A DNA stretch of 64,000 nucleotides from Octopus vulgaris (Eukaryota). Position 1 is the first letter of the stretch. Every line of letters begins with the position of its first letter. This document shows, piece after piece, positions 28,045 through 40,950 of this stretch. The notes beneath the pieces were generated by a model. That model had not been told where the DNA came from and did not search any database. It saw only the letters and a list, made by a program, of their open reading frames with translations. Made by a program: the position numbers and the translations under genes. The stretch lies in the NCBI GenBank assembly GCA_951406725.2, contig OX597819.1:26970001-27034000 (forward strand), in the 5' to 3' direction.

Positions 28045-28455
28045 GTAGGGACAATATTTCGATGTTACTATTTTAATTTTACAAATTTTTCTTACTTCCC
28101 AAAGTCCAAGTTTAATTTTCTTGCTAACATCTTACAAAGAAATATTGCGATCTCAATCTGTATGCCACTCTATCTCTCCTTTTTCCCCTTTTTTTCTCTC
28201 CTTTTTCCCTGTCTTTTTCTATAAGAAATTAACAGCTAACACAAATCAATGATAACAAAAGCTTCGTTGTCTAGGTGTCACATTTCAATTATTAACAATT
28301 TTTTACATACGTCTGTCAGTACATCACCAGCAATCCAAGTTATTTTTTATATTTACATCTAAAACCAAATTTTCGGAGTTTAGGTAGCAATATTTGTATT
28401 TAACAACTGGCATTGAATGATCGGTCTCATCAATACACTAAATTTCATTTTTCAG

Positions 28456-28557
28456 AATATTTGTGACAACGCAGTCAGATATGCTGATTTGATCCATGAT
28501 AAGCTGTGTGCGTCCGGATTTTATGACGAGGAAGGTCAATTTGATGTTTCGGAACAG
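28456..28557 (+). CDS. BAIAP3: BAIAP3-like exon (NICDNAVRYADLIHDKLCASGFYDEEGQFDVSEQ)
   Basis: Acceptor catttttcag, donor CAG|gtaaac, 102 nt, phase 0/0, collinear with the family sequence. Confidence 0.93.
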
Positions 28558-28584
28558 GTAAACATATTATTAATATTGTTATTA

Positions 28585-28785
28585 AGGTGGCGAGTTTACA
28601 GCTTCGCTAGCACGCTGAGCGAAATGCCGAGGTCGACTTTGCCTTTCATCCTTTCGGGGTCGATTAAATAAGTACCAGTTACGCAATGGGGTCGATATAA
28701 TCTATTTAATCCGTTTGTCTGTCCTTGTTTGTCCTCTCTGTGTTTAGCTCCTTGTGGGTAGTAAAGAAATAGGTAATTCGTCTGT
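28585..28785 (+). mobile_element. SINE family B
   Basis: Same head and core, starting ~30 bp after an exon donor. Confidence 0.8.
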
Positions 28786-29034
28786 GTGAGTTTGGATTTA
28801 TTGGTAAGTATTATTGGAGTGCGTCTGTATAGTAAGTGCGTACCACCGCGTAACGAAACCTCTCACCCCAGTACAAAACCTTTCACCCGCCCGACGTCGA
28901 TAAAATAATTTACGGATGTTAGAGTAGTACTGCAGTCAGTGTAACCCCTTATCCTAACTTTCAGCCTTACGCCTATAAAAACATTATTATCGACGGGTGG
29001 TGAGTTAGCGGAATCAATGGAGCGTTAAACAAAA

Positions 29035-29938
29035 TTATCTATTCTATCTCAATCACATTTTTTAGTTAATTTTTTTTTTTTTTATTAAACAGTCTGAAAC
29101 TTCGAATATTCGTAGAATTTCTCACGTAGAGCACGGTTTACTCTGAACGCTTTGGACAAAATTTCATATTTTAGAAGCTATTTCGTGTTAAAGTTGTCAT
29201 ATTCGGGTAATTTCAACCAATCAAGGACGTGTATTCGGTTGAAGAAAGCTACTGCTGTTTGCGATAGTAATCGAAGAGGAACGACTTCTGGGCCATATCT
29301 ACTAAATGTCACTACTGTGTTCGAAGAATCAACACCATAGAGCAACGTGACCGCAGCTAGCTTTTTTTGTTGATATATATATGTGGGTTTAAAATGCCAA
29401 TGAGATGTATTGTTATTGTCATGATTTTATCTTACTATAATCAACAACAAACACATTTCGTCAATATAAAAGTCTTTATTAGATAAAAAAATTAACAATC
29501 CAAACATGAAGGTAAAACAAAACAAATAGCGGCTTATACACCGGAAAATACAGTAATTGTAGTAGCAGCGGCAAATTCGCTCGCTGGTTGCTAGTTGATA
29601 GTGTACAAAGAAGGGAGAGAGTAAGGAATGCATGGTACTGACTAGAAAGGATAAATGTAGCATCATCTTCACTCGCCGTACGAATAGAACAAGGTGGTGA
29701 CATTTAGTAGAGATGACCCGGAAATTGTTCCTCTTTCAACCGAATACAAGTTATTGATTGGTTAAAATTACCCAAATACAACTTTAACACGAAATATCTT
29801 CTAAAATACGAAATTTTGTCCAAAACGTTTAAAGTAAACTGTTCTACGTGAGAAATTCTACCAGTATTCGAAGTTTCAAACTGTTTAGTTTTTAAAAAAA
29901 ACTAATTTAAAAATCTGTGATTGAGGTGGAATAGATCC
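29035..29938. mobile_element. Long-TIR MITE (~210-bp TIRs) related to the 24228 element, inserted into a SINE
   Basis: (tt)atctattctatctcaatcaca...tgtgattgaggtggaatagatcc. Shares gttaaagttgt...ggtaatttcaaccaa...gacgtgtattc with the 24228 element. Flanks are aaacaaaat/aaataaaat, and it interrupts a family-B SINE. Confidence 0.8.
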
Positions 29939-31474
29939 CAAAATAAAATGCTTTGCAGTATTTTACGTTCTAATTCCAAATGTTGTTGATGTCAACTTTG
30001 TCCTCCACCATTCAGGTGTTGGTAAAATTAAATAACGATAAAGTACTGGAATCCATTTAACTGACTGGCACTTTCCATTAAATTTGTTGTCTTGTGTCTA
30101 TGTTAGAAATAATAATTATTATTAAAATAAATTTCCCAAAAAAGTGTGGATGACGTTATAGTCGACTGTTTCCTTCCGCGAAATTTGAAATTTTGTACCG
30201 TGATGAATATTACATAATTATTTTTCATATTAGTTATGAGTTCGAATTCCGCCAAGGTCTACTTTACTTTTCATCCTTTCACGCTAGATAAAATAAGGGC
30301 TAATTGAGAACTGGGTTCGATGTAATCGACTCACCCATCACCCCAAATTGATGACCTGCCAAAATTTGAAACCAATATTATTTCTCTTATGTTACTAGTT
30401 ACCGAAACAGATCCCCCAATGGATTGCTTTGATTCTAGATTTTAAATTATTCAGAAAACTATATAGTTTTCTCTAGATACTCAGATGCTGATTCATGTAT
30501 ATGACCGCTGGAAATGATGGTCGTAGCTATTTTCGTGCGTCAACTTTCTGATTTCAGATCCTACGTTGATTGATTTTTACCTTTATACATTATCTGAAGG
30601 GTAAAGCTTAGCTACTACATTTGAGTATCAAGTTGGGACAGCCTTCTACACTCTTCTATTGACTCCGAGAGGAAATAATTGTGTTCCATATTAATGGCAG
30701 CCAATGATGAATGCGGTAGATTCAACAACATCGGTAGAGTAAACAACAAAGCCCTTGTCAAGGTTGTTACAACATGGCAGAAATCTACTGTTTAGAAGGG
30801 CGAAACATACTTATAGACTAATTAGTCACGTATCTTCCCTCTAAGGCCTGTATTCTATTGATGCTAGGCTGTATAGTGTTAAAAGATTTTTTTCTTTTCG
30901 CTATCATAGGGGAAAAAGAATATCGACAACAGTAAAACAACAGGCATCTTTAAATATGTATCTTCCCCAGATAAAATAATAACACTGAGGATATAACCAA
31001 ATAGATTGACGCCACAATCAGGCAGCTGTTTCATGAGACAGTAGAATTATAGACGTAATATTCAGATCTGTCATTTGCTGCAGAGTTGAAGTAATTAGCT
31101 CTGATTTCATATGTGATACTGTTTTAATAAGTATGTCGCAAAAATCATCTTGTGTATAGGTATATATGCTTGCTCAGTTACTCTATAGAGATCTTTCTTC
31201 GTTTCGTTATGTCCGTCATTATGACAGAGAAACTATTGTCAGACTTGCTTTTGGTCACCTCTTGATCAATCTACTTGCTAGAAATAGTAGCCAAAATTTC
31301 CTAAAATCTGCTCTGCAGTCTTAAATATAGAAAGATACACAGGAAGACAGAAGTTTGATATCAAAAAATAACAATGGATGGTCGTTCCTGAAAAGTCTGA
31401 TAATGAGTTTAATGGACCAGTAATGGTCCATCGGAAACGATATTTTTACAGAAAATTCATGCCTTTTATTTATT

Positions 31475-31582
<108 letters not shown>

Positions 31583-31669
31583 AAGGGAAAGTTTACGAAA
31601 ATAAACAAAAGACGAAGACAGGTGGTGTACAAAACAAACAGATGTATTAGTATAATGCTCAGGAATAGA

Positions 31670-31712
31670 AAAAATCTTTTACCTTTCGAGCCTACGCTCT
31701 TCTACAGAAAGG
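31670..31712 (-). ncRNA. Decayed or variant minimal hammerhead motif
   Basis: The minus strand reads CUUU-CUGUAGA-A-GAGC-GUAG-GCUC-GAAA-GGUA/AAAG. Stem II is intact, but the core has A6U and stem III has a mismatch. Confidence 0.45.
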
Positions 31713-31797
31713 TACACAGAAAAAACAAGGAGAGAAACGAGGAGAGAAATAAATGTGTGTAGTGGCTAACGATCTATCATGGCCGAATATATATATA

Positions 31798-32003
31798 TAC
31801 TCTTTTACTTGTTTGTCATTTGACTGCAGCCATGCTGGAGCACCGCCTTTAGTCGAGCAAATCGACCCCAGGACTTATTCTTTGTAAGCCTAGTACTTAT
31901 TCTATCGGCATCTTTTGTCGAGCCGCTAAGTTACGGGGACATAAACACACTAGCATCGGTTGTCAAGCGATGTTGGGGGACAGACACAGACACAAACATA
32001 CAT

Positions 32004-32071
<68 letters not shown>

Positions 32072-32227
32072 GACGGGATTCCTTCAGTTTCTGTCTACCA
32101 AATCCACTCAAGGCTTTTGGTCGGTCCGAGGCTATAGTAGAAGTCACTTGCCCAAGGTGCCACGCAGTGGGACTGAACCCGAACCATGTGGTTGGTAAGC
32201 AAGCTACTTCCCACACAGTCACTCCTG
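31798..32227 (-). mobile_element. SINE family A
   Basis: Reverse-complement match to the 13836 copy. Confidence 0.88.
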
Positions 32228-32541
32228 GTACTATACTTATCACAGAGCCATTCCTGCGCCTATGTACGTTAGTGGAAAAAATCTTCAGTTGAATTGAAGA
32301 GAGTATTCTATGTCATTTTGAATTTATATGTGTGTAATATATGTGTATATATGTGTGGACGGTGAATTACAGGAGGCTTCATTAGAGGAAGGAAGAAAGG
32401 AAGGAAATAGTCTTTTTCTGATATGGTTGAAATTGTATTATGCTTTTGGGCAGCTGTGATGCTACCAGCTGTAGATAAGTCTTTTTCTGTGGTCGTCGAA
32501 GTTGATGACAATTCAATACGTCAATTACGTTTTAGTCATTA

Positions 32542-33299
32542 CTAGCAGTATCGCCCGGCGTTGCTCAGGTTTGTAAGGGAAATAACTATAAAGCATTTTT
32601 AGAGAGTTATAGCCAAAAAATAGAAAAAAAATGATGGTAAATTTTTTTTGAGAGTTAAAACAGGTGGAGTTGCGTCCCCTAGACGGTCTGTGGTTTGGGT
32701 TTCTCATTCTCGACCCCATGTCGAATTTATCGATTTTTTTCAGAACTGGGGGAACTTTTCAAAATTTTCGCTGCGTTAGTTTTGAATTATGACATTGGGC
32801 TATGTGTGTGTCAAGTTTCATCAGAATCGGTTGAAAGCCGTGGTCAGAGTGAGGGTACGAGAAAACAGACACACAGAAACACGCACAGACAAACTGCCGT
32901 TTATATAGAGAGAGATAGCAGTATCGCCCGGCGTTGCTCAGGTTTGTAAGGGAAATAACTATAAAGCATTTTTAGAGAGTTATAGCCAAAAAATAGCAAA
33001 AAAATGGAAAAAAAATGATGGTAAATTTTTTTGAGAGTTAAAACAGGTGGAGTTGCGTCCCCTAGACGGTCTGTGGTTTGGGTTTCTCATTCTCGACCCC
33101 ATGTCGAATTTATCGATTTTTTTTCAGAACTGGGGGAACTTTTCATAATTTTCGCTGCGTTAGTTTTGAATTATGACATTGGGCTATGTGTGTGTCAAGT
33201 TTCATCAGAATCGGTTGAAAGCCGTGGTCAGAGTGAGGGTACGAGAAAACAGACACACAGAAACACGCACAGACAAACTGCCGTTTATATAGAGAGAGA
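32542..33299 (-). mobile_element. Head-to-tail dimer of a non-autonomous Helitron (units 32542-32915 and 32916-33299)
   Basis: Two near-identical ~380-bp units. The minus strand starts with TC and ends hairpin-CTAG. The 3' ~100 bp is shared with the 6260 family. Confidence 0.85.
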
Positions 33300-33790
33300 T
33301 TTTTGTCACTTGTCATGTTATCCAACTGTAGAAAATAGACTGCATTGAAGTTGTTTTCGAAGGTTATCAAAATGTGTGTGAGTTGGTTGCTTAAGTGAAT
33401 TTTTCCAGTTATTTTAGTATCAGTAATGAGAACATTTTAATGAGGATTTTTCATGTGTTCATAAATATATTCATTTTTTACGTTTAGTTTAGAAAAGAAT
33501 TGTCTTTCTTTTCTTTCCTCTTCCCCTAAACAACCCTCCAAAAATTTACAACGCACACATACTTACACAAACGTACAAACATACACATATATATACACAA
33601 ATATACATACGCACAAGTATAGATTCAAAACACTCTCTACCCAATTCAACTACAGTTTTTTTCAACAAATTCATATATATATATATAACATAAATTTTTT
33701 GTAAAGATATCATTCTTGGTGAACGTCTGAAAGGAGATGAAAGTGTTAAATGAATAATTATCTTAATTTTTTACTACCTCCTTGTTCTTA

Positions 33791-33824
<34 letters not shown>

Positions 33825-34182
33825 TACGATGTTGTATTTATTTTCCAAGATTCCTGATGCGAAACAGTGTGTGTCGAAACAAATATTTTTATATTCGGGA
33901 CTGCCTCTTTTTTTTTTGCCAAATAAACACACGTACTATGTATTAGTTCATTTCATATTACATTTTTTATTGTTTTTATTATATGTCCTAGGTCCGGAAA
34001 TCTTCCAATACACATCTTGTGACCTCTTCAGTGACTCTCCATCCTATGTGTCTGATCTTGTCCTACTTAGTCCATTAGAGAGTCACTGCAGACGTCACAA
34101 GGTGTGTGACGAATCTGAAGTGAAGAACGTATATATAGTGCGTGTGTTTGACAAAAAAGAATTTTAAATGACCATCCCCAAA

Positions 34183-34261
<79 letters not shown>

Positions 34262-34264
<3 letters not shown>

Positions 34265-34440
34265 GGCACATGGCTCAGTCGTTCGAGCGTTGAGCTTACG
34301 ACCGTGAGGTTGTGAGTTCGAATCCCGTACCGGGCTGCTTGTTGTGTTCTTGAGCAAGACACATAATTTCACATTGCTCCAGTTCACTCAGCTGTAGAAA
34401 TGAGTCGCGAAGCTGAATGGCTTTTGCCTTTCCCCTGCAT
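34262..34440 (+). mobile_element. tRNA-derived SINE family D
   Basis: A box tggctcagtcgt, B box gagttcgaatccc, core ttcttgagcaagacac...cactcagctgtagaaatga. Related pieces at 3195, 46560 and 51240. Confidence 0.75.
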
Positions 34441-34499
34441 AACATCGCAATCCCATGATCATGTGGGGGGTCTCCGCAATATATATATATATATATATA

Positions 34500-34967
34500 C
34501 AGTGGGGGAAATAAATATTCGTAAATGTCAAAATTCTTTATTTATCTCATTTCTAATGAACATAAATCGGATATACCAATACTATATTTGCATACACTAA
34601 GAATATGCAAAAGAAACTAATAAATTATAGTTACTAAGGAATTTATATACAATTATAAATATTTAGGGGTGAAAAAAGTATTTGTAAGGAATAAATTTAT
34701 GATTCTCTATGCCACAGAATGCTGTTAAAATAATTTTTTTACTAGAACTTTCTCGTTTGTTCCAATAATCTTATCAGTTGTCATTTTTAAGTGTCAAAAC
34801 GCTAGCTTCTTCATTCAACACTGATACAACATAAAATAGTATCGTAATAATGGCGAAAAGTAAAGAACTCATATATACAGTGAAAAACTTAATAATTGAA
34901 CAGTGGAAAGCAGGTAAAAGTTACAGGAAAATATCAGAGACACTTTGTATTCCATTTTCTACCATAG
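34500..34967 (+). mobile_element. Tc1-family transposon, 5' fragment with N-terminal transposase HTH
   Basis: TA|CAGTGGGGGAAATAAATATT TIR, an inner repeat aggggtgaaaaaagtatt at ~34666, and an ORF from 34850 (MAKSKELIYTVKNLIIEQWKAGKSYRKISETLCIPFSTI) typical of a Tc1 paired-like domain. Confidence 0.85.
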
Positions 34968-35140
34968 CTTTATCGATCACATTCTCACCTGGAATCGATT
35001 TTTGTAATTTTTTCAAGACTTATACACGCACTGATACCGTGAGTATCTACATATCAAATTTGAGCGCAATCGGATGGAGGATGCCCGAGATCCTAGAAGA
35101 CAAACACAGAGACAGACAGAACGGATTTTATATAATAGAT
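34968..35140 (-). mobile_element. 5' end of a Helitron-like element
   Basis: The minus strand starts A|TCTATTATATAAAATCCGTTCTGTCTGTC, like the other Helitron heads. It abuts the truncated Tc1 ORF. Confidence 0.5.
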
Positions 35141-35150
35141 AGATAGATAT

Positions 35151-35183
<33 letters not shown>

Positions 35184-35184
35184 T

Positions 35185-35265
<81 letters not shown>

Positions 35266-35882
35266 TATATTATTTAAATTAGAGATAAAACCACTATTAG
35301 GCAAATCAAACAGTAAAAATCATAAACCAATACATAGAAGTAAAATTAATTAATTAATTAAAAAATATAAAATATAAAATATAAAAATCCAATTAAAATA
35401 TTTAAATTAAAGTTAAAATTTTAAAAGATTATTTGAATTAATAAATTAAACTTATAAATTTTAAATATATATATATATTTTTTTATTATTATTTTATTTA
35501 TTTATTTTTTTAAATTTTAAACTATCAAAAAGTATTAAAAGTTTAATATAAGATAAAGAGTAAAAACATGTTTTTCCGTTTTTCCGTCCTTGTTTCGTAT
35601 ACATTCGATGCTTTTTCCAAAGAATCTAATGCTCTTAGCTTAGTTTTTCATTGGGCCTGGCCAAATTGGAGCAATCTCAAGATTAATCAGCCGGTTCCGG
35701 TTGACTGAAGATAAAAGGCTTCGAATGGCCCGTTCATGTTTTTCTTTGTATCTAGATGTTTTGTCTATCTGGATGTTTTGTTGTCCCCTTTTGTATCACC
35801 TAGTTGTCCGGATGTTTTGCGTTCTTGTCCCATTTTGTATTCTATTATATATATATATTATATATATTATATATATATATTA

Positions 35883-35963
<81 letters not shown>

Positions 35964-36013
35964 CAAAAACTGTCTGATGAACGGCAACGAGAAACTCAGA
36001 GTAACAGATTTTG
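35964..36013 (+). ncRNA. Type I hammerhead ribozyme, near-canonical (A:A at the base of stem II)
   Basis: CAAAAACUGU-CUGAUGA-ACG-GCAA-CGA-GAAA-CUCAGAG-UA/ACAGAUUUUG. Stem I has 9 bp plus 1 mismatch, GCAA tetraloop, quasi-palindromic stem III, GUA site at 36003. Confidence 0.75.
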
Positions 36014-36039
36014 TTGAATTTTCTGCTGCTTTAAATAAA

Positions 36040-36083
<44 letters not shown>

Positions 36084-36394
36084 CCACCGAGGCCCAGTGT
36101 GATACTATAAAGGAAAAATTCAATCGTCACTAAGTGTGACTTAGGATGCCGGAGGCCCTATATTGCTAGAAATAATAGTTAAATTACTCTTAATATTGTA
36201 GGAAGACCGCATAGTATGTGCACACATGCTAACAGTAGAAGCAATCGCCCGAAGGCTATATATGTATGCATATGACGGGTGGAACTCTAATATATACATA
36301 GGTGTTTGTTACTTTTTGACAGAGTGTTCCACTCCAGGATCATATGAAACACGAACAACAGACTTCAAATATCGGGTTAGATTCAAATTCGCTT

Positions 36395-36690
36395 CCACTC
36401 TTTTCCCTTTTCCTTTCTCTTTCTCTCCCTACTCCTTCCTTCTCTCTCTCCTACCTCCCTCTCTCTCCTCCCTCCCCTTCTCTCTCTCCTCCCTCCCCTC
36501 TCTTTCTCTTCCCTCCACTCTCTTTCTCTTCCCTCCACTCTCTTTCTCCTCCCTCCATCTCTCTCTCCTCCTTCCATCTCTCTCCCCTCCCTTCCCTCTC
36601 TTTCTCTTCTCTCTCATTTTCTCTCGCTCTTCCCTCTCTCTCTCTCAGCCCCTCTCTCTTTTCCCTCTCTTTCCCCTCTCCCTCTCTCTC
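36395..36690. repeat. Polypyrimidine (CT-rich) low-complexity tract
   Basis: About 300 nt of almost pure C/T. Confidence 0.92.
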
Positions 36691-38007
36691 TGTCGATGGT
36701 ATGTTGGAGATACCCACGTCAAAGGAGGAGAAAATTGATATATCTGCTTAGATTTAGCAACGAAGTTTGACTCTAGTTTCAAAGACGGCTGACCCAGGGA
36801 ACTTAACAAAGGAATCACAAATTTGGAAATAGTTGGATGTAAGGGAGAAAAGTTGAGGTTGGAGTATAACCCATTATCTTCTAGTCATCCAATGTGAAAA
36901 AGTAGATGTCGGTAGACAGATACCAAACCTTGTGAGTACTTTACACATCATAGATGTCCCCTTAAGCAAAGCTATTGCAACAACTAAATTCTGTTGATGT
37001 TGTGAACTAATGTAAAAAAAAAGTCTTTACAATATCTTGGTGGGTGGAAGAAAGGGGGACAAGTTAAAAAGATTTCACTCCTATTTGGTATATCTCATCA
37101 GAAACTGCGTAACCTCCTATATTATTTTATATACTTCAAATGCATATAAAAATCCATAATATAATATACAATTTGAGTTTTTATTTATTTTTACGAAAAA
37201 TTGCCCTAACGTATTCGTGTATCACTAATAACAAAATTGTTCTCAAATTAGCTTCAGTATTCAAAATAGTATTTCCCATTTGTGAGGCGAGTTTAACTCA
37301 GCAGAACTAAAGAAAAAAAATCCGAACCTGATCTTTAATTTTTATATTCGCCCCATGGTGAAATCCATAACAAGACATATGTTTTAAACATATTAGTAGT
37401 GCTTTTAAAAAGTATTGAAATTTTAAAATATCGTGCTGTGTACTGTCAATATCACAATTTCAAACTGTGTACTACGTGTTGCTTAATGGTTGTCAAACTA
37501 ACTTCAATAATGAAAATTAGCTCTCTATTGTCTGGTGTAAAAAATACTTTCTGTATGGTTAAAAAGACAGTTTAATGCGGTAGCTCGATCACGTGTGTGT
37601 GTGTGCATATATACGTTTACATATAACCTATTAAGGCTTTCCTAATATCTGTAACAACGCATTCTGCTTCTTAAATAGTATATATACACATAAATAAATC
37701 AAAACAACAAGCGAAGGTTTTAAATTGACTGAATCGTTAGAGCAACGCGCAAGATGTCTGCAGCATTTAGTTAGTGTTTTACAATCCGAGCCCAAATAGA
37801 GCCATGTTGAATTTTGCCTTTGAAATAAAGCACCAGTCATGAACTGGAATCGAATTACTCTTCCTATAATCATTCTAAGTGTCAATGTACTTGAAGAAAG
37901 CTAAGATTCTTCAACCACCGTAAGCGAATATTTAACTTTTCGGGAAATTTATACATGAAATGCATTATAACTTGCACATACACAGTTATTATTATTATTA
38001 TCATTAA

Positions 38008-38250
38008 AGCGGCGAGTTAGCAGGGTTAACATGCCGGTCAAAGTGCTAAGAACGTAAACACGCTGGGCAAAATGTTTAGCGTCATTTAGTCCGTCTTTAC
38101 GTTCTGAGTTCAAATTCCTCCGAGGTCGTCTTTGCCTTTCGTCCTTTCGTAGTCGATAAAATAAGTACCAGTTGAACACTGGGGTCGATGTAATCGACTC
38201 ATCCCCACCTCTCCCAATCTGCTCTTGTGGCAAAAATTTGAAATAATAAT
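38008..38250 (+). mobile_element. SINE family B (diverged)
   Basis: Carries the gttctgagttcaaattcc B box and the core motif. Confidence 0.75.
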
Positions 38251-38337
38251 TATTATTAGGGTAGCGAACAGGCAGAATCGAATCGTTACCACACCAGGCA
38301 AAATACTTCCTATTCATTACATTCGGAGATCAAAGGA

Positions 38338-38656
38338 TTATTGCCTCCACCTTAGCGAAGGCGGAGGTATTGTTTTCAGTCGTATTTGTTTGTTTGTCCG
38401 TGGACAAGATATCTCAAGAACTGCTGGATGGATTCCGATGAAATTTTCAGGGATGTTTGACCCCGTGACTGGCACTAATTGATTAGATTTATTTTTCCTG
38501 ATTTCTTTACTTAATTTTTGAGAGAGGTCGGGTTCTTTTTTATTATTTTCGTTTGTGAGGTCAGTCGAATTTATTTCAGATATTCTCATCTTAAAAATCA
38601 TCTCTGGCTAATCGTTGATAGGACGTTGATGTTGCCTTGGCGGAGCTTTGTGCTCT
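38338..38656 (+). mobile_element. Helentron-associated (HINE/DINE-1-like) element
   Basis: Starts ttattgcctccacc..ggcggagg, has a gtttgtttgt microsatellite, and ends ccttggcggag...gtgctc (sub-TIR architecture). Confidence 0.6.
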
Positions 38657-38931
38657 TGTTGTTGTTGTTATTATCATTAGGTCAGTAGATTGTACGTCAG
38701 ACAAAATTCGTAGCATTTTTTTCTGACTCTTTAAGTTCTGAGTTCAAATACACATGAGAGAAACATTGTCTTTTATCCTTTCGAGGGCGATTAAATACTA
38801 GTCAAGCACTTGAGTCGATGTTATCGATTATCCCCTTTCCCCTAAATTTTGGCTTTGGGTCAACATTTAAAACCATTATTATTATCATTCATATATTCTC
38901 TTTCTTTCTTTTTTTTTGTTGTTCATTGCAG

Positions 38932-39147
38932 TTATGTATTACCATAAACAACATTGAACACGTCCGTATAACACTGAAACCCATTGCACAGACGATGAGG
39001 TTTGCAACTCTGGAGCAAGATTTAGAATATGCCGATCCGAAACGAAGAAGAAAACTGGAGAAAATCAATCTATTTACGTTGGTCAACAAATCGGATCAGA
39101 TGATGATTAATAAAATTAAGCGAGTCCTTGACCGTGTGGCAGACAGG
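38932..39147 (+). CDS. BAIAP3: BAIAP3-like exon (LCITINNIEHVR...KIKRVLDRVADR)
   Basis: Acceptor gttcattgcag after a long pyrimidine tract, donor AGG|gtatgt. Carries the Munc13-family LCxxxNNxExVR motif. Confidence 0.95.
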
Positions 39148-39177
39148 GTATGTATATCATTATTATTGAGTGTATTC

Positions 39178-39575
39178 AGGCGGCGAGCTGGCAGAAACAT
39201 TAGCACGCCGGGCGAAATGCTGAGCGGTATTTCGTCTGCCGCTACATTCTGAGTTCAAATTCCGCCGAGGTCGACTTTGCCTTTCATCCTTTCGGGGTCG
39301 ATTAAGTAAGTACCAGTTACGCACTGGGGTCGATATAATCGACTTAATCCGTTTGTCTGTCCTTGTTTGTTCCCTCTATGTTTAGTCCCTTGTGGGTAAT
39401 AAAGAAACAGGCATTTCGTCTGTCTTTACGTTCTGAGTTCAAATTTAACCGAGGTCGTCTTTGCTTTTCACTCTTTTGGGGACGATACATTATGTACCAG
39501 TTGCGTACTGAGGTCGATATAATCGTCTGTCCCTCCAAAAAAAAAAAAATTTCGGGCCTTGTGCCTTGAATAGAA
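39178..39575 (+). mobile_element. SINE family B with duplicated body
   Basis: Same head and core twice, starting ~30 bp after an exon donor. Confidence 0.85.
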
Positions 39576-40679
39576 ATGATTATTATTGTGTGTGTGTCTG
39601 TGTATTCCATTTCATAAATGTGAGGAAGAATTTCTAAAGACAATAAGACTTATGAATATATGCGAAGTTATGGCCTCTCTCATTTGTGCAGTGAGTTTCG
39701 TATTTCCGCTCTTCAAAACATACACATATACAATACGATCATACATATGTGTGAGAGAAGAGAGAGATCACAGGTCTATGCAAAACAATATGGGAAAATA
39801 GTGCACGAATAGCAACTGGTGGAGTAAAATATTCCATTGAAATTTAAAAGACTTCACAAATGTTACTTCAAGCAGTCATGCAAGCTGTTCGTGACGTTCG
39901 TTTAAGTCTCAATAAAATAGTATATATAAATGTATAAAGAGGGTCTTTTACCAATATCAACAATGAGTATTGTATTATTCCATCAGGTGAGAAATCCGTT
40001 CCTTTATGCTCTAGATACAGTTCATCACGTATTATCATTTTAGTAAATGAGTACACCACAGGCACTTGTACAGTTAACATAATCCGGAAACAAATCAAAC
40101 TTTACTCAATGTGTGATTAAGGTGGACCATTGAATTACAAGCATACCCCCATCCGATGGCCTTTCATTAGATTTCCACCTGATAATTTCACTGACTGAGA
40201 TCTGGTCGATTCTGTGTCTATTATACAAGGCAATTGACCCAGGCAAGTTTGTTGTATCATAGTGTAGAACTTTAAACCTAACACCTCAGATTGGCGATGA
40301 CAGCTTCTTTAAACATTCGGCTAACGTCCTATTGTCTGAAAGAAAGAATCACAATCTATATTCTAGTATAGTTAAAGTAATTAATTTTGTTCCTGAAAGA
40401 CTAACAAGAAGTCTTCTATAATCAAAGTAAACAAAATAAACAATAATAAATCCTCTTCTTGAACACATCACAGGCTAGCTGGCAATTAAGACTGATTTAT
40501 TTTTCATTGCAGACTTCATTAACGTTTTCTTTGAGGGTGGGATGCGTCAAGTATATTCTGATCGGGACTTGGGATCAGAAAACAGTGCGTCAAAGCGACG
40601 AACTAGTAGAATAATTATTACAGTAGTCGACAGAATGCCCCACTTGTTTGTTTCGATGCTCTGCACTTTGAGATCGAAT

Positions 40680-40950
40680 GCCACTGAGCACAACTTCGCC
40701 TATCATACATGAGACACAGATTAAAATTACAATACCATATCTGGCAACGTATTGATAGAATTTGTAGTGTCGAACGAGATGCTTTCCTGGTTCAGTTTCA
40801 ACTCTTTGAATTCCAACAGCAACGCCTGCCCTGCGACAACACTATTGCCAAACTTTGTCTGTCCAAGTTTGCGGATTTTCTTTCGCACAAACATTGGTGA
40901 CGTGGAAAACAGACTTGCATATAAGGGCAACTACTAGTCTTCCTCAAAAA
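40680..40950 (-). pseudogene. Possible decayed Penelope-type RT fragment
   Basis: Minus strand ELKLNQESISFDTTNSINTLP resembles the RT motif-A context LVSFDVxxLFTNIP. Support is weak. Confidence 0.3.
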
